IMG/VR virus record: IMGVR_UViG_3300027917_000032
Coordinates: 23,929 to 87,928 of that record
Reading direction: 5' to 3' (one strand)
Origin: a virus
Length of the DNA: 64,000 bases
Shown: positions 17,173 to 27,185 of the stretch, piece by piece
How the letters are laid out: every line of letters starts with the position of its first letter
Position numbering within the stretch: the first letter of the stretch is position 1
Program-made: the position numbers and the translations under genes
The notes under the pieces: model-generated
The model's input: only the letters and a program-made list of their open reading frames with translations
What the model was told of the DNA's origin: nothing
Databases searched by the model: none

Positions 17173-19113
17173 TTACTCCTCCTCCTCGGTTACGCCAACG
17201 CTGGCTTTCATCTCGCCAAGAGTCATAAGCTCCAGTCGTCTGTTATCTCTCAAAATGTCACGCACCCGCTCGTCCGTAGGCAAGTGGATCAGGTCAACGA
17301 TAGTCGCCCCCAGGTTCTCATCGGTGCCGAGACGGTGGATACGATCCTCGGCCTGCGACCGTGATTCGGGATCGAAGTCGTTACTGTAGAACACAGCCAT
17401 ACGCGACTCGGTGAGCGTGAGGCTCATACCGCCCGACTTCGGGTGGGCAACAAACGCGACGCGCGGGTGCCGCTCAGTATCCGCCCAGTAGTCGAGTGGT
17501 TTGTCCACCATGAGCGGCGACCCATCAATGTCCCACACTTTCCAACCTCGACCGTCAACACGAATCACCGACCACTTCTCCTTCGCACAGAGCTTAACGA
17601 TTCGGTCGAGCGTGCCTGTAAATCCGGCAAACACAACGAGTCGCCCTTGCTCCTCGTTTTCCTCAAGCAGTTCCACCAACGCCTTATCCTTCGGGCAAGG
17701 AACTTCTTTTGTGACTCGTATGCGATGCGGTACTTCAGCGTCACCGCCGCAAGTGGGACAGTCTTGAAGCTCTTTCCGCAGTGTGTCAACATACTCTGGG
17801 TCAAGCATGTCTGTCATTTCAAACTTTCGGTCGGGGTCATCTGTGTCCACCCAGATTGCCGACTTGCCCGGTGTCTCACTCTGAGCACAAACGGGACAGG
17901 GCTCGGTGCCATCGACCTTCTCACGGTATTGGAAACCGTCACTAAGCTCCCGCAGCCAAGTGAGGCCGGTGATTGCATTAGGCGCGATCTTGACGAGCGC
18001 CTTTGCCACACGCTCGGTCGTAGGTGACGGCTCACAGTGGACAGTGCGATAAACCTTATCAGGTAGATCGAGACAATCCTTCTTGTGCAGAACCAGTACC
18101 AAGCCTTGCAGCCGTTCGTTTAAGTACGCCACTTCGTTGAAGCTCGGCTCCCACGGGTGATAATCCTCCTCGAACGCCATTTCCAAATGCTGCTCCTCAT
18201 CGGCGTACCCGCCACACACGGCACACTTGTCGGCGTCGTCTTTCCATGTCACGCGCTGGAGAATTTTACCTTGCGGCAATTCCTTCTCCATGAAGATTCC
18301 CAGGCGGCGCTCAAAAGCTTTCATGTCGCCCTCCCGCAAGAAGCCAGGAGCGACAATCTCCGCTTGCGACCACCAATCAACCGGTGACTTCGGAGAAGGT
18401 GTGCCCGACATGGCGATAACATAACCTTGCGAACCATACGCATCCCGAATACCATCGGCCAACGCCTGCGCGGCTTGCGACCGTTGTGAAGTGTGATTCT
18501 TCAATCGGCTGGATTCATCGAAGATTACTCCGTGCGGTGGCAGCGTGCCGGGCACCCAAGACTTCATCTTACTCCGCAACGCCTCATAGGTGAACAGTTG
18601 AAGCTCGACGCCTTCCAAACCCCACTTATCAAATTCACGCTGCACAGCCCGCAGACCGGATTTCGGCCCCACCCACCACCAATCCGGGAATCCTGACCGC
18701 TCCATCACTTCTATTGCAGAGAGAGTTTTTCCCGTGCCCATTTCTGCCGCGAGCACGCAGTAGTGATAGGTAAGCCCCCAGTTTGACATTAGTTTCTGGT
18801 GGGTACGCAGTGGGCGCTCGTAGTCAAACTCCTCAAGCGGCTTCTCCCAACGCTTGTAGGGGTTCTTCCCTTGCATAAAGTTGAGTTGGAAGCGGTTGCG
18901 AGTACAGTCAGCGACGGACCAGATTTTACGCGGATTATTGTCGTCGTAGCCGTGCCACTTGGAGCCTTTCATCGCCTTGATTTCGTCTTTCAACGCATAC
19001 GGACTCTTGAGAAATTCGATACGGCCCTTGTCTACGCTGATCGTCGCGGGCACTTTGATTAGCTTGCCTTTAGTCGTTTGCGTGATGAGTCGGATTTCTT
19101 TTGGGTCACTCAT
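17173..19113 (-). CDS. SNF2-family SF2 helicase
   Basis: AEMGTGKT, IFDESS, MSGTP, GGMSLTL, QAEDRIHRLG. Confidence 0.92.
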   Translation of the reverse strand: MSDPKEIRLITQTTKGKLIKVPATISVDKGRIEFLKSPYALKDEIKAMKGSKWHGYDDNNPRKIWSVADCTRNRFQLNFMQGKNPYKRWEKPLEEFDYERPLRTHQKLMSNWGLTYHYCVLAAEMGTGKTLSAIEVMERSGFPDWWWVGPKSGLRAVQREFDKWGLEGVELQLFTYEALRSKMKSWVPGTLPPHGVIFDESSRLKNHTSQRSQAAQALADGIRDAYGSQGYVIAMSGTPSPKSPVDWWSQAEIVAPGFLREGDMKAFERRLGIFMEKELPQGKILQRVTWKDDADKCAVCGGYADEEQHLEMAFEEDYHPWEPSFNEVAYLNERLQGLVLVLHKKDCLDLPDKVYRTVHCEPSPTTERVAKALVKIAPNAITGLTWLRELSDGFQYREKVDGTEPCPVCAQSETPGKSAIWVDTDDPDRKFEMTDMLDPEYVDTLRKELQDCPTCGGDAEVPHRIRVTKEVPCPKDKALVELLEENEEQGRLVVFAGFTGTLDRIVKLCAKEKWSVIRVDGRGWKVWDIDGSPLMVDKPLDYWADTERHPRVAFVAHPKSGGMSLTLTESRMAVFYSNDFDPESRSQAEDRIHRLGTDENLGATIVDLIHLPTDERVRDILRDNRRLELMTLGEMKASVGVTEEEE

Positions 19114-19301
19114 AGGTCTACTCGGAACGCCTCCATTTTCTGAGGGATGGCGGAAATGATGATAGGATCGCGGTCCTGTAAGAAGGATCGACTATCAACG
19201 AAATTGTGAATTGCTTTTGGTTTCGAGAACGGTCGCGGCGTGCCTCTACGGTCGCAGACGATTTTTCGCACGTCCCTATCCAGCACCATGATATAGTACA
19301 C
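19110..19301 (-). CDS. hypothetical protein
   Basis: overlaps neighbouring genes. Confidence 0.6.
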   Translation of the reverse strand: MYYIMVLDRDVRKIVCDRRGTPRPFSKPKAIHNFVDSRSFLQDRDPIIISAIPQKMEAFRVDL

Positions 19302-19831
19302 TACCGCTTAACCTCCAGCAAAAAGGTTTGATCGTCTTGCGGCACAATCCGCAATCCGTAGAACAGGTCACGCAAGCCTACCGATTCAAAGTGGCGGTAG
19401 ATCATATTTAACGCATACCTAACGCCGGGCGGGCAGGGAGTATTTCGGCACCCTTTTAGCACTGCCTCACGCCACTGAGTTAGTGTGCCCGACACGATGG
19501 TAGCAAAGATGCCACGTTGCGTCGTCTCTGTTACTGCAATTTCCATGCCGGAAACCGCTTCAAGTATGTCCAGTGTGTCTAACTCCGTCGCCACGATGAA
19601 GAAACCCGCAGTAAGCAAGCTCCATTGAGGACGCGCCCAACCAACAGAAATGGGAGCCTTCGCGTCTTTGAACGCCGCGAGGCATGACAAGGCGTGTGGC
19701 AATTCATCCAGTGGCACAGTGGCAGCATCAGCCGCTTTAGCAAGACTATAGCCCAGCACGTTGCGTGCCACCGGAAGCAGACGGTTCAAATCCAGCTTTG
19801 TCTGCATGATCGGAATTACGCCGGGTTTCAT
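19301..19831 (-). CDS. hypothetical protein, possibly degenerate ThyX-like fold
   Basis: IVSGTLTQWREAV...VRYALNMIY...LF resembles the ThyX C-terminus; no RHR motif. Confidence 0.4.
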   Translation of the reverse strand: MKPGVIPIMQTKLDLNRLLPVARNVLGYSLAKAADAATVPLDELPHALSCLAAFKDAKAPISVGWARPQWSLLTAGFFIVATELDTLDILEAVSGMEIAVTETTQRGIFATIVSGTLTQWREAVLKGCRNTPCPPGVRYALNMIYRHFESVGLRDLFYGLRIVPQDDQTFLLEVKR

Positions 19832-19896
19832 CTAGCTCCTCCAACCAAATAAGGGACTCATTTCGCATCGGTGTGAGTATGAGTTGTGGCCGGTAC

Positions 19897-20280
19897 TCAT
19901 AACTCCTCGTCTTGATCCCTCCCGGAATCATCTGGGTCATCAGTCTCTCCCTCGTTGTGTAGCCCAACCCACTGCGTATCAAAATTCACCGTGGCTTCTT
20001 GAGGCGTGTTCCCATAGGCTTCAACCCCCGACTGCCCGAAAGCATTATCTGGTAGGTAGTCAGCGTAATGCGTGTTCGATACACCGTAGCTACAAACCCA
20101 CCGCAAGCCATCGTGGTATAGTAAAACCGGATACATGCGATGCGGTAACAACTGGAACGTGGCAAGACGTTTGGCTGCTTCGGCGGCTTCAGCTTCGGCT
20201 TTGGCTTTTATCACCCAATAACGGCGCACTAAATCAGCGCACATTTCATCCGTCAATGGACCGGTAAGAAAATCAGTCAT
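19897..20280 (-). CDS. hypothetical protein
   Basis: AGGA RBS, acidic tail. Confidence 0.6.
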   Translation of the reverse strand: MTDFLTGPLTDEMCADLVRRYWVIKAKAEAEAAEAAKRLATFQLLPHRMYPVLLYHDGLRWVCSYGVSNTHYADYLPDNAFGQSGVEAYGNTPQEATVNFDTQWVGLHNEGETDDPDDSGRDQDEEL

Positions 20281-20291
20281 TTTGAATCCTG

Positions 20292-20336
20292 AAGAAAGAT
20301 ATGGTGCCCAAGTCGCCCCGTGACTTGGGGCACCAT
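20292..20336 (-). terminator. hairpin / probable terminator
   Basis: 15-bp inverted repeat with one bulge, then TCTTTCTT on the minus strand. Confidence 0.6.
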
Positions 20337-20349
20337 ACAAGTTTGCCGT

Positions 20350-21078
20350 TTAACGCGCCCGACGCTTCGCCGCGGCGGTTTCAGCTTCGGTTACGTTCTG
20401 CACACCGTTATCCTTAACTTCGATGAACTTGCGCATCTCCTCACGCAACACGTCCAGCGACGGGGTTTTGGTGAAAGGTTCCGAGCATTTGTTGACAACC
20501 GGAACATGCCAACCCCAGGAGCCACGCTTAGCGTAGCGAACAGTCAATGTGCAGGGCAGGGGGCCATGAGCGTCAATACCTTGCTTTGCCGCCGTGGCCT
20601 CACTGACAGGCAGGAAGTTGATAAGATCGCCAGAAACGGCGCGAGACGACTTCGTGCCCATGAAGAACTCAAAACAGCGTCCCGTCGAACGCTCCACTAC
20701 CAGGAATGACGGCCCCCACATGCAGCCACTATCCTGTTCACCCGAACGCGCCTTAATATCCTGAAACTCAGGCGTGCTCATGTCATACACCGCGACAACA
20801 GCTTCGCGGTCACTCATGTCCAGAGCTTTTGCCCGAACAGCCAGGGGGAGAATGTCAATTGACGAGCCAAGATCGTCAATCTCTTCGCCGCCAGGGAGGG
20901 GGATGCCATAGTGACCGGGCTTAATCTTCCCGGTATCCACGTACTTCCCTTTGGTAATCAGTTGCAGGCGCTGAAGGTAATCAACACCCTTGGACAACTC
21001 ATCCATCTGCTCCGCTGTAACAAGCTCAGTCGTCGGAAGGGCAGAAGCATCGAACGGGATCAAATCAGTACTCATCAC
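20350..21078 (-). CDS. putative ssDNA-binding protein
   Basis: replication-module position, LQRLQL..KPG N-terminus, beta-rich OB-like pattern. Confidence 0.5.
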   Translation of the reverse strand: MMSTDLIPFDASALPTTELVTAEQMDELSKGVDYLQRLQLITKGKYVDTGKIKPGHYGIPLPGGEEIDDLGSSIDILPLAVRAKALDMSDREAVVAVYDMSTPEFQDIKARSGEQDSGCMWGPSFLVVERSTGRCFEFFMGTKSSRAVSGDLINFLPVSEATAAKQGIDAHGPLPCTLTVRYAKRGSWGWHVPVVNKCSEPFTKTPSLDVLREEMRKFIEVKDNGVQNVTEAETAAAKRRAR

Positions 21079-22013
21079 TCAGTCTCCAGATTAAGGTTTC
21101 CGCCAATTTCTCTTAACTCTCGAAGCTGTTGGCGTTCCAGCTTCCTACGCTCCATTTCATGCTCACGTTGCTGTAGACGTGCCTTGAACATTTCTTCTTG
21201 CCGTACCAGGCTTTTAGGGTCTAGGTGCAAAATCCATTCCAAACACGCCATCCAACCATCAGAAGGCGTCTCGGCTTTTCTCAAACGAAGGATCAAACCT
21301 TGCACCTGCGGGTTTTTGTATTCGCTACAAATCTGGGTGAACTTTCGCAGGTAGGGGATTGGGTCTGGTCTGTTTATGTTGTGTTCATCAATGAACTTTC
21401 TCTGTGCTGCCTCACGGTACTCCCGCATCACCTGATGGAACATTGTCTTAAATTCTGCACACGTCAGCGTGACCGCGCTCTCGATGTAAGCATCTTGCAA
21501 GCAATAAGGTGTCTTGGCTAACAGGCAGGCGGATTGAAGCGGGATTTCGCCCCGCCGCAACATTTCTTTGTAAGCAGGCCGCAGATCATTTAAGTCTAAA
21601 ATCTGCCGCACCCATGAGGGGCTTTTACGAATCAGCCGTGATAACTGCGGAACAGTCATGCCAGGATTGTTGTGCAAAATCCGTTCCAAACGAACAGCAA
21701 ATTCTACCGGTCTTGTTTCAGGTCGGATTCCATTAGCCTGAAGCTGTATGACTAGCATCTCGTCATCGGTCATCTCTTGTATTTGACACGGGATTGTCTC
21801 CATGCGCAACTGCTTACAGCAGTGATAACGCCAATTACCCTCAACAACCTCGTACTCAGCGGGGCCGATAAACCGCACGAGAATGGGCTGCAACACGCCT
21901 TTGTCACGAATCGAGTCTAACAACTCATTGTACTCAACGCTCTCTGTGCGTACCGGACGGAGTAAACACCGGGGGCTGCGTATTCGATCCAAGTGTATCT
22001 CCGCTAGTCGCAT
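21075..22013 (-). CDS. ParB/Spo0J-like protein
   Basis: GVLQPILVR, VVEGNWRY, HTH VPQLSRLIRKSPSWV; GGAGG RBS before ATG 22013. Confidence 0.88.
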   Translation of the reverse strand: MRLAEIHLDRIRSPRCLLRPVRTESVEYNELLDSIRDKGVLQPILVRFIGPAEYEVVEGNWRYHCCKQLRMETIPCQIQEMTDDEMLVIQLQANGIRPETRPVEFAVRLERILHNNPGMTVPQLSRLIRKSPSWVRQILDLNDLRPAYKEMLRRGEIPLQSACLLAKTPYCLQDAYIESAVTLTCAEFKTMFHQVMREYREAAQRKFIDEHNINRPDPIPYLRKFTQICSEYKNPQVQGLILRLRKAETPSDGWMACLEWILHLDPKSLVRQEEMFKARLQQREHEMERRKLERQQLRELREIGGNLNLETE

Positions 22014-22019
22014 CCTCGT

Positions 22020-22047
22020 TCCTCCATAGTATATGGTAGCTACGTTT
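22020..22047 (-). promoter_or_regulatory. conserved 28-bp operon-head motif, copy 1
   Basis: AAACGTAGCTACCATATACTATGGAGGA. Confidence 0.75.
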
Positions 22048-22124
22048 CCGAGTTCTTGGCGCGGTAAAACAGATTTTTCTGGAAAAAGTTTAGCCCCTCC
22101 CTTGAAAGTGGCAATACTGAACAT

Positions 22125-22560
22125 TTGACTATCCACACTATCAGGGGTTTTCGACGCGGCAGATAGGATAAAAACTACCACCTTTGCGGGGTTCATCCAC
22201 TCGCCATCCTACCTAATCTGAGGGGAAGGATAGAAATGACCATCACAGAAATCCCGTATTTTCTAGGCCGAATGCGCGCACGACGCGGCAGATAGGATGA
22301 AAATGAGTGGATGGCGCAGAAAACTCTCCCTACAGATATTTTCTTTCTTCTTGTCTCTACAGACCTTTTTTTATTCTCTATCCACTCAATTCTATCCACT
22401 GGTGTTATCCGACTACTAGGAGAAAACCATCATAGCTAGTGTTTTGACGTTTTGACGCGGCGGCGTTTCGAGTGGATGAACCCCTCAGACTAGGTAGGAT
22501 AAAATGCCGTTTGAGTGGATGAAACCCCTGAAAGTAGTAGTTTCCATCCTACGCGGTGTC
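22125..22560. repeat. iteron-rich non-coding element A (putative origin)
   Basis: many AGTGGAT(A/G) and TAGGAT(A/G) repeats in both orientations around an AT-rich core; inverted homolog at ~63290-63740. Confidence 0.7.
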
Positions 22561-22618
22561 GCGTACTTAAACCTGGGGGGTTTTCACTTTTTTCAAAATC
22601 GCGTGCAACAAATCACGC

Positions 22619-22646
22619 AAACGTAGCTACCATAGACTGTGGAGGA
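22619..22646 (+). promoter_or_regulatory. conserved 28-bp operon-head motif, copy 2
   Basis: AAACGTAGCTACCATAGACTGTGGAGGA (2 mismatches to copy 1). Confidence 0.75.
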
Positions 22647-22675
22647 TGACGATAGCCTCAAGCTGGAGATACTTG

Positions 22676-25423
22676 ATGACGAAGATTCTGGATGCTTTTG
22701 GGAATTTCTTTCGGGCAGTGGTGTTGCCAAAACACAACAACCCCGATTTCTTTTGCCGCTGGTTGGACAACTCACCAGATTTGGAAACCCAACTTCTTGT
22801 TGCTCCGGGTAAAGGCTACCCTGTTGAGGGCTACCGTAATGTGTGGACAGACGGAGAACAGGAATGGTTTAACATACGGTATCCCAAGAACGCTATGGGT
22901 GAGCCCTACTGGCGCGACCGCGAGCTTAACTTCGACCTGGGTGAGCATTGGCTTGGCATTGGTACGACGTGGTGGGATTGGACAAAGCGTGAGTCCGTCG
23001 CGTGCGCCTTCGACTTTGATGAAGTCACGTCACACGCGCCCGGCGTTGGTGTATCTGACGATGAACTAGACAAGGTGAAGACCCGCGCCTGCGAGCTTGA
23101 CTACGTTGAAGTCTTGAAATCAACGGGTGGCGGCGGCCTTCACATTTATATCTGGTTTGATGAAAATGACCGGCCCCGCACGGAGAATCATACAGAGCAC
23201 GCTGCCATCGCCCGCGCCATGCTCGGCAAGCTCAGTACCGACGCAGCGTTCGACTTCGGCAGTCACTTGGACGTGTGCGGCGGGAATATGTGGGTGGCCC
23301 ACCAGAAAATGTTTGGCACAGATGGGTTTGAATGTGTCAAAAAGGCCACACGGCTGTTGACAAATAAAGACATCCCGCCGAATTGGCGGGACCATCTTGA
23401 AGTAATCGGCGGAAAATCCACAAAAGTGCGCGTTGTTGGCGTCACCGATAGCGGCGAAGAGATTGACGAACAAGACCCACTGGCCGAATTGACAACTGCT
23501 CACCCCAAGGTTCCGCTGGATGAAACACATAAGAAAATCATCGCAGACTTGGAAATGACAGGCGCATCCTGCCTCTGGGTGCCCGATCACAATTTGGTAC
23601 AGACACACACTTGCGCTTTGAAAACTGTGGCCGAACAGTGGGCCGATCAAGGCCACGCCATGCGTGGCTTCTTCAACACGCTGTCGCCGGGAACCGATTT
23701 GGGAAAACCCAACTGCTTTATGATCCCGAAACGGGACGGGGCTTTCATGGTTTTTCGGTTCGGTAAAGGTACGTTGGAGCATGGGCTTTGGAAACAGGAT
23801 CGGCAGGGGTGGACGTGGTGTAGTTACAACAAAGCTCCCGACCTCTATGAAGCGGCTATTGCTCTTGGTGGTGCAGAGTTAGAAGGCAACAAGGGGTTCC
23901 ACTTTGGCTCACTTGTAAATGCCGGGCAAGTCGTTAAAGCTATCGGCTCTAAGCTCTCGCTCCCTGCTGGGAATGATTACGACCAGCGAACTGCAATCCT
24001 CCGTAGGAATAATGACGGCAGGCTCGTGGTAGAGATTGACCGTTGGGAAGGTGATACCGGCTTCGACAACTGGAACGGGCAGAAGAAGAACAAATGGATT
24101 AAGGTGTTCAATATCTGTGTGGACACTACGGAAGCCGACGATGACTACAGCCGCTATGATACTCTCGTTCGCTCCTGTCGCTCCCCTTCAGACGCCGACG
24201 CCGGTTGGCGGATTCGTGTCAACGGAGGGAGTTGGATCAAACACCCGCGAGAGAATGTGACCAGCGTTCTCAGTTTGGTCAAACCGCCCGACGTGCAAAC
24301 AAACAACATCCTGGGCACAGCGATTATGAATCAGTGGATCATGGTCTGCAAGCCTTTTCACGAAGAGCACCCTGGCGGTCGTCAATGGAATCTTGGGGCT
24401 CCTCAGTTTATCTACCAACCCGCAGTAATCGAGGATGAGGAGAAACCGCAGCACCCGCACTGGGATCGTGTCATGGCCCACTGCGGGGAGGAACTAACAC
24501 CGATCATTCGGAAATCCTCGTGGTGTCGCCACTGGGGTATTTTCAATGGCTGCGACTATCTTACTGCTTGGATTTCATGCTTGCTGCGGGAGCCATTTGA
24601 GCCGCTCCCATACCTCTTCATGTACGGCCCACAAAACTCGGGTAAGTCAATCTTCCATGAGGCAATCAGTTTACTTATTACTGGTGGCGTGGTTAAAGCC
24701 GACCGTGCTTTGACCAATGCCAGCGACTTTAATGGTGAACTTGCAAATGCAGTCTTGGGGGTAGTTGATGAAGTAGATATTGCGAAGGCTGGCCCCGCCG
24801 TCTACAACAAAATCAAAGAATGGACGACGAGCCAGTATATTAGCATCCACGCTAAGTATCAACAAGTCTACCAACAGCGGAATTGCTTGCACTTTGTTCA
24901 AACCGCAAATTTCCGTAATAGTTGCCCAATCTTTCCAGGGGACACGCGGATAACGGCGATGTATGTTGGGCCTTTGTTGGAGGAGATACCTAAGCCTCGC
25001 CTCACTCAATTGCTAGAGGCAGAAGCCCCGAACTTCATGGCGACCTTGTTGGGCATGTCACTTCCGACTTCGGAGACACGCCTACGCCTGCCTATTCTCG
25101 ACACAGTTGGTAAGGAACAAGCGGCGGAAGGGAACAGGGATTCCTTGGAGGAATTTATCGCGGACTCGTGTTACGAAGTGCCGGGCTGCAAAGTGCCTCT
25201 CAAGACATTCTATGAAACATTCAACGATACGTTGTCTGCTTTCGAGTCGGCACGTTGGACAAAGACACGGGTACGGCGCTCGCTGCCCGATAATTTTCCT
25301 GTTGGTAAGAGCACGGGAGGTCAGTTGTATGTTGGCAACATCAGTTTAATCGAGAAAGAGATTGATCCCAAGGCTCCTCGGTATGTTGCCAGTGGCTCTT
25401 ATTTGAAACTGGAAGAGGAGTGA
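22676..25423 (+). CDS. AEP primase-polymerase fused to D5-like SF3 helicase
   Basis: FDFD and STGGGGLHIY primase motifs; Walker A GPQNSGKS, Walker B VVDE, motif C QTAN. Confidence 0.88.
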   Translation: MTKILDAFGNFFRAVVLPKHNNPDFFCRWLDNSPDLETQLLVAPGKGYPVEGYRNVWTDGEQEWFNIRYPKNAMGEPYWRDRELNFDLGEHWLGIGTTWWDWTKRESVACAFDFDEVTSHAPGVGVSDDELDKVKTRACELDYVEVLKSTGGGGLHIYIWFDENDRPRTENHTEHAAIARAMLGKLSTDAAFDFGSHLDVCGGNMWVAHQKMFGTDGFECVKKATRLLTNKDIPPNWRDHLEVIGGKSTKVRVVGVTDSGEEIDEQDPLAELTTAHPKVPLDETHKKIIADLEMTGASCLWVPDHNLVQTHTCALKTVAEQWADQGHAMRGFFNTLSPGTDLGKPNCFMIPKRDGAFMVFRFGKGTLEHGLWKQDRQGWTWCSYNKAPDLYEAAIALGGAELEGNKGFHFGSLVNAGQVVKAIGSKLSLPAGNDYDQRTAILRRNNDGRLVVEIDRWEGDTGFDNWNGQKKNKWIKVFNICVDTTEADDDYSRYDTLVRSCRSPSDADAGWRIRVNGGSWIKHPRENVTSVLSLVKPPDVQTNNILGTAIMNQWIMVCKPFHEEHPGGRQWNLGAPQFIYQPAVIEDEEKPQHPHWDRVMAHCGEELTPIIRKSSWCRHWGIFNGCDYLTAWISCLLREPFEPLPYLFMYGPQNSGKSIFHEAISLLITGGVVKADRALTNASDFNGELANAVLGVVDEVDIAKAGPAVYNKIKEWTTSQYISIHAKYQQVYQQRNCLHFVQTANFRNSCPIFPGDTRITAMYVGPLLEEIPKPRLTQLLEAEAPNFMATLLGMSLPTSETRLRLPILDTVGKEQAAEGNRDSLEEFIADSCYEVPGCKVPLKTFYETFNDTLSAFESARWTKTRVRRSLPDNFPVGKSTGGQLYVGNISLIEKEIDPKAPRYVASGSYLKLEEE

Positions 25424-25426
25424 CCC

Positions 25427-25603
25427 ATGTACCGGATTATGATTTGCCAAAGCGTATGTGCTAGTGGCTCGGTAATCATCGCTCGAACGCTGGCAACATT
25501 ATACGAAAATGAAGTTCCTGATGATATTGAAACAATCGTTGAGGAACTTGGCGGCGACTACTACGACATTCAAAACGAGGAGGATGACGATGGCGAAAAT
25601 TGA
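25427..25603 (+). CDS. small acidic protein (not in ORF track)
   Basis: GAGGAG RBS; MYRIMICQ...DDGEN. Confidence 0.55.
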   Translation: MYRIMICQSVCASGSVIIARTLATLYENEVPDDIETIVEELGGDYYDIQNEEDDDGEN

Positions 25604-26354
25604 CTACAGCGTGGGGGATATTAACAGCACAAAGAAGGGTTCAGGTGCCCGAGCCAACAGTGGTAAGATTTCCTTTGCCGTGACCCCACTCCCGTTGCTG
25701 GCGGGCTGCGCCCGCGTTTGGATGAGTGGCCTGCTCAAGTACGCACCGTGGAATTGGGCCAAGGGAATGAAGTGGAGTGTACCCTTTGACTGCCTCTGTC
25801 GTCACCTGTTCAAGTGGTGGTATCTGGGAGAAGATATTGACCCCGAATCCGGTGAGCATCACCTTGACCTTGTGTTCTGCAACCTCTTCATGCTCAAGCA
25901 CTACACTAAGACCTTTACAGAGGGCGACGACCGCCCGCCTGAGTACGCCGATTTCGGCCCGTGGTTGGATGACTTCAACACGCCTTTTGATGAGGCGGGG
26001 TTCTTGGAGCGGAACCCGGATATTGCCCGCATGATTGAAGAACGCAAGGCTCAGGAAGAAGTGGAAGCAGCGGAAGCAGCGGAAGCAGCGGAAGCAGCGG
26101 AAGCAGCGGAAGCAGCGGAAGGTGTCACCTGGCACGAAGGAGCAAAAGACTCCGCCGTGCGCAAGCACTACGGGATCATTTACCGTGCGGAGTCAAGAAA
26201 GAAGATAGCCGCTGGGGAGAAAAAGTTCACGCAAGACGAGATTACGGCCATGTGGGCCGCAGCCCGTGAGCGCGCCCTTGCCGAGGCGACGCAAAAGGAT
26301 AGTTGCTCTTGTCCCGACAATGTTGATTGCCGTGGTTGTCGAGGAGGTTTCTAA
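25590..26354 (+). CDS. dATP/dGTP diphosphohydrolase domain (DUF5664) protein
   Basis: GLLKYAPWNWAKGM...RHL...GEDIDPESGEHHL..CNL; GAGGAGG RBS. Confidence 0.85.
   Translation: MAKIDYSVGDINSTKKGSGARANSGKISFAVTPLPLLAGCARVWMSGLLKYAPWNWAKGMKWSVPFDCLCRHLFKWWYLGEDIDPESGEHHLDLVFCNLFMLKHYTKTFTEGDDRPPEYADFGPWLDDFNTPFDEAGFLERNPDIARMIEERKAQEEVEAAEAAEAAEAAEAAEAAEGVTWHEGAKDSAVRKHYGIIYRAESRKKIAAGEKKFTQDEITAMWAAARERALAEATQKDSCSCPDNVDCRGCRGGF
26063..26116 (+). repeat. 9-bp tandem repeat x6 (EAA)
   Basis: (GGAAGCAGC)6. Confidence 0.95.
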
Positions 26355-26974
26355 TGCCAAAAGCACCCAGTAGCCTCATTCCGATGAACGGGCACATGCT
26401 CGTCTCTGTAGACGTAGAAACAACGGGCCGACTCGCAGGCTGGCATGAAATTATCCAGATTGCAGTCGTCCCGCTGACAAGTGATATTGAACCCGTGCCC
26501 GACCGAAACCCGTTCTACATGAACATAGCGCCGCAATATCCAGAGCGGCACGAGAATCTTGCTCAGACAGTTCATGGACTAGACCTTGAAGAGTTACGAA
26601 CCACCTGCCCTGATGCTTGGAAAGTGGCCGATTTGTTTGATGAATGGGTGCAGTCGTTTGACTTACCATTTAACAAGCGGCTTATTCCTTTAGCACATAA
26701 TTGGGGATTTGAACGCGGCTTCTTGCAGCATTGGCTTGGGCTTGATTCCTTTGATGCGCTGTTTATGTCGCTGGCGCGGGACACCATGTTGTTTGCATTA
26801 AGCATTAACGATGCGGCAGCTTATCACGGGCTGGATATTCCATTTCCGTATGTTGGCTTGAAAGCCGTTGCAAAGAAATACGGGATCGTAAATCCCAACC
26901 CTCACGACGCACTTTCCGACGCATTAACGGGAGCCAAGCTATACAAAGCTATGCTGACTTCCTTCGGTCACTAA
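26354..26974 (+). CDS. DEDDh 3'-5' exonuclease (DnaQ-like)
   Basis: VDVETTG, AHNWGFE, HDALSDA. Confidence 0.9.
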   Translation: MPKAPSSLIPMNGHMLVSVDVETTGRLAGWHEIIQIAVVPLTSDIEPVPDRNPFYMNIAPQYPERHENLAQTVHGLDLEELRTTCPDAWKVADLFDEWVQSFDLPFNKRLIPLAHNWGFERGFLQHWLGLDSFDALFMSLARDTMLFALSINDAAAYHGLDIPFPYVGLKAVAKKYGIVNPNPHDALSDALTGAKLYKAMLTSFGH

Positions 26975-27111
26975 CGCGGAAACCCCTCAGCCTTTCGATC
27001 CTTACGCTTCCCTGGTCGCGGCTTGACCGCGATCAGGGTTTTTGTTTCTTCCGGGATCGGCACATTCTTCGTCGTTCGGTTGCCTGAGTTCTTACCGGCG
27101 CAACACCCCAT
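26971..27111 (-). CDS. small basic protein MGCC... (46 aa, not in ORF track)
   Basis: GAGGAG RBS; stop overlaps the convergent exonuclease stop. Confidence 0.55.
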   Translation of the reverse strand: MGCCAGKNSGNRTTKNVPIPEETKTLIAVKPRPGKRKDRKAEGFPR

Positions 27112-27185
27112 GTGAGTCTCCTCTGTATTGTAGCAGGCGCAGCAAGCCTATCGCACAACGTACTCGACACGCCCGCCTGCTTTAA

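Noticed and set aside
22193-22399. ORF MDRIEWIE... and its look-alike within 63279..63653
   Set aside because: Similarity comes from the duplicated DNA element; the frames diverge by indels and there is no shared start or RBS
25590-26354. Z-genome (2-aminoadenine) call from DUF5664
   Set aside because: No purZ in the window; the domain alone is not sufficient
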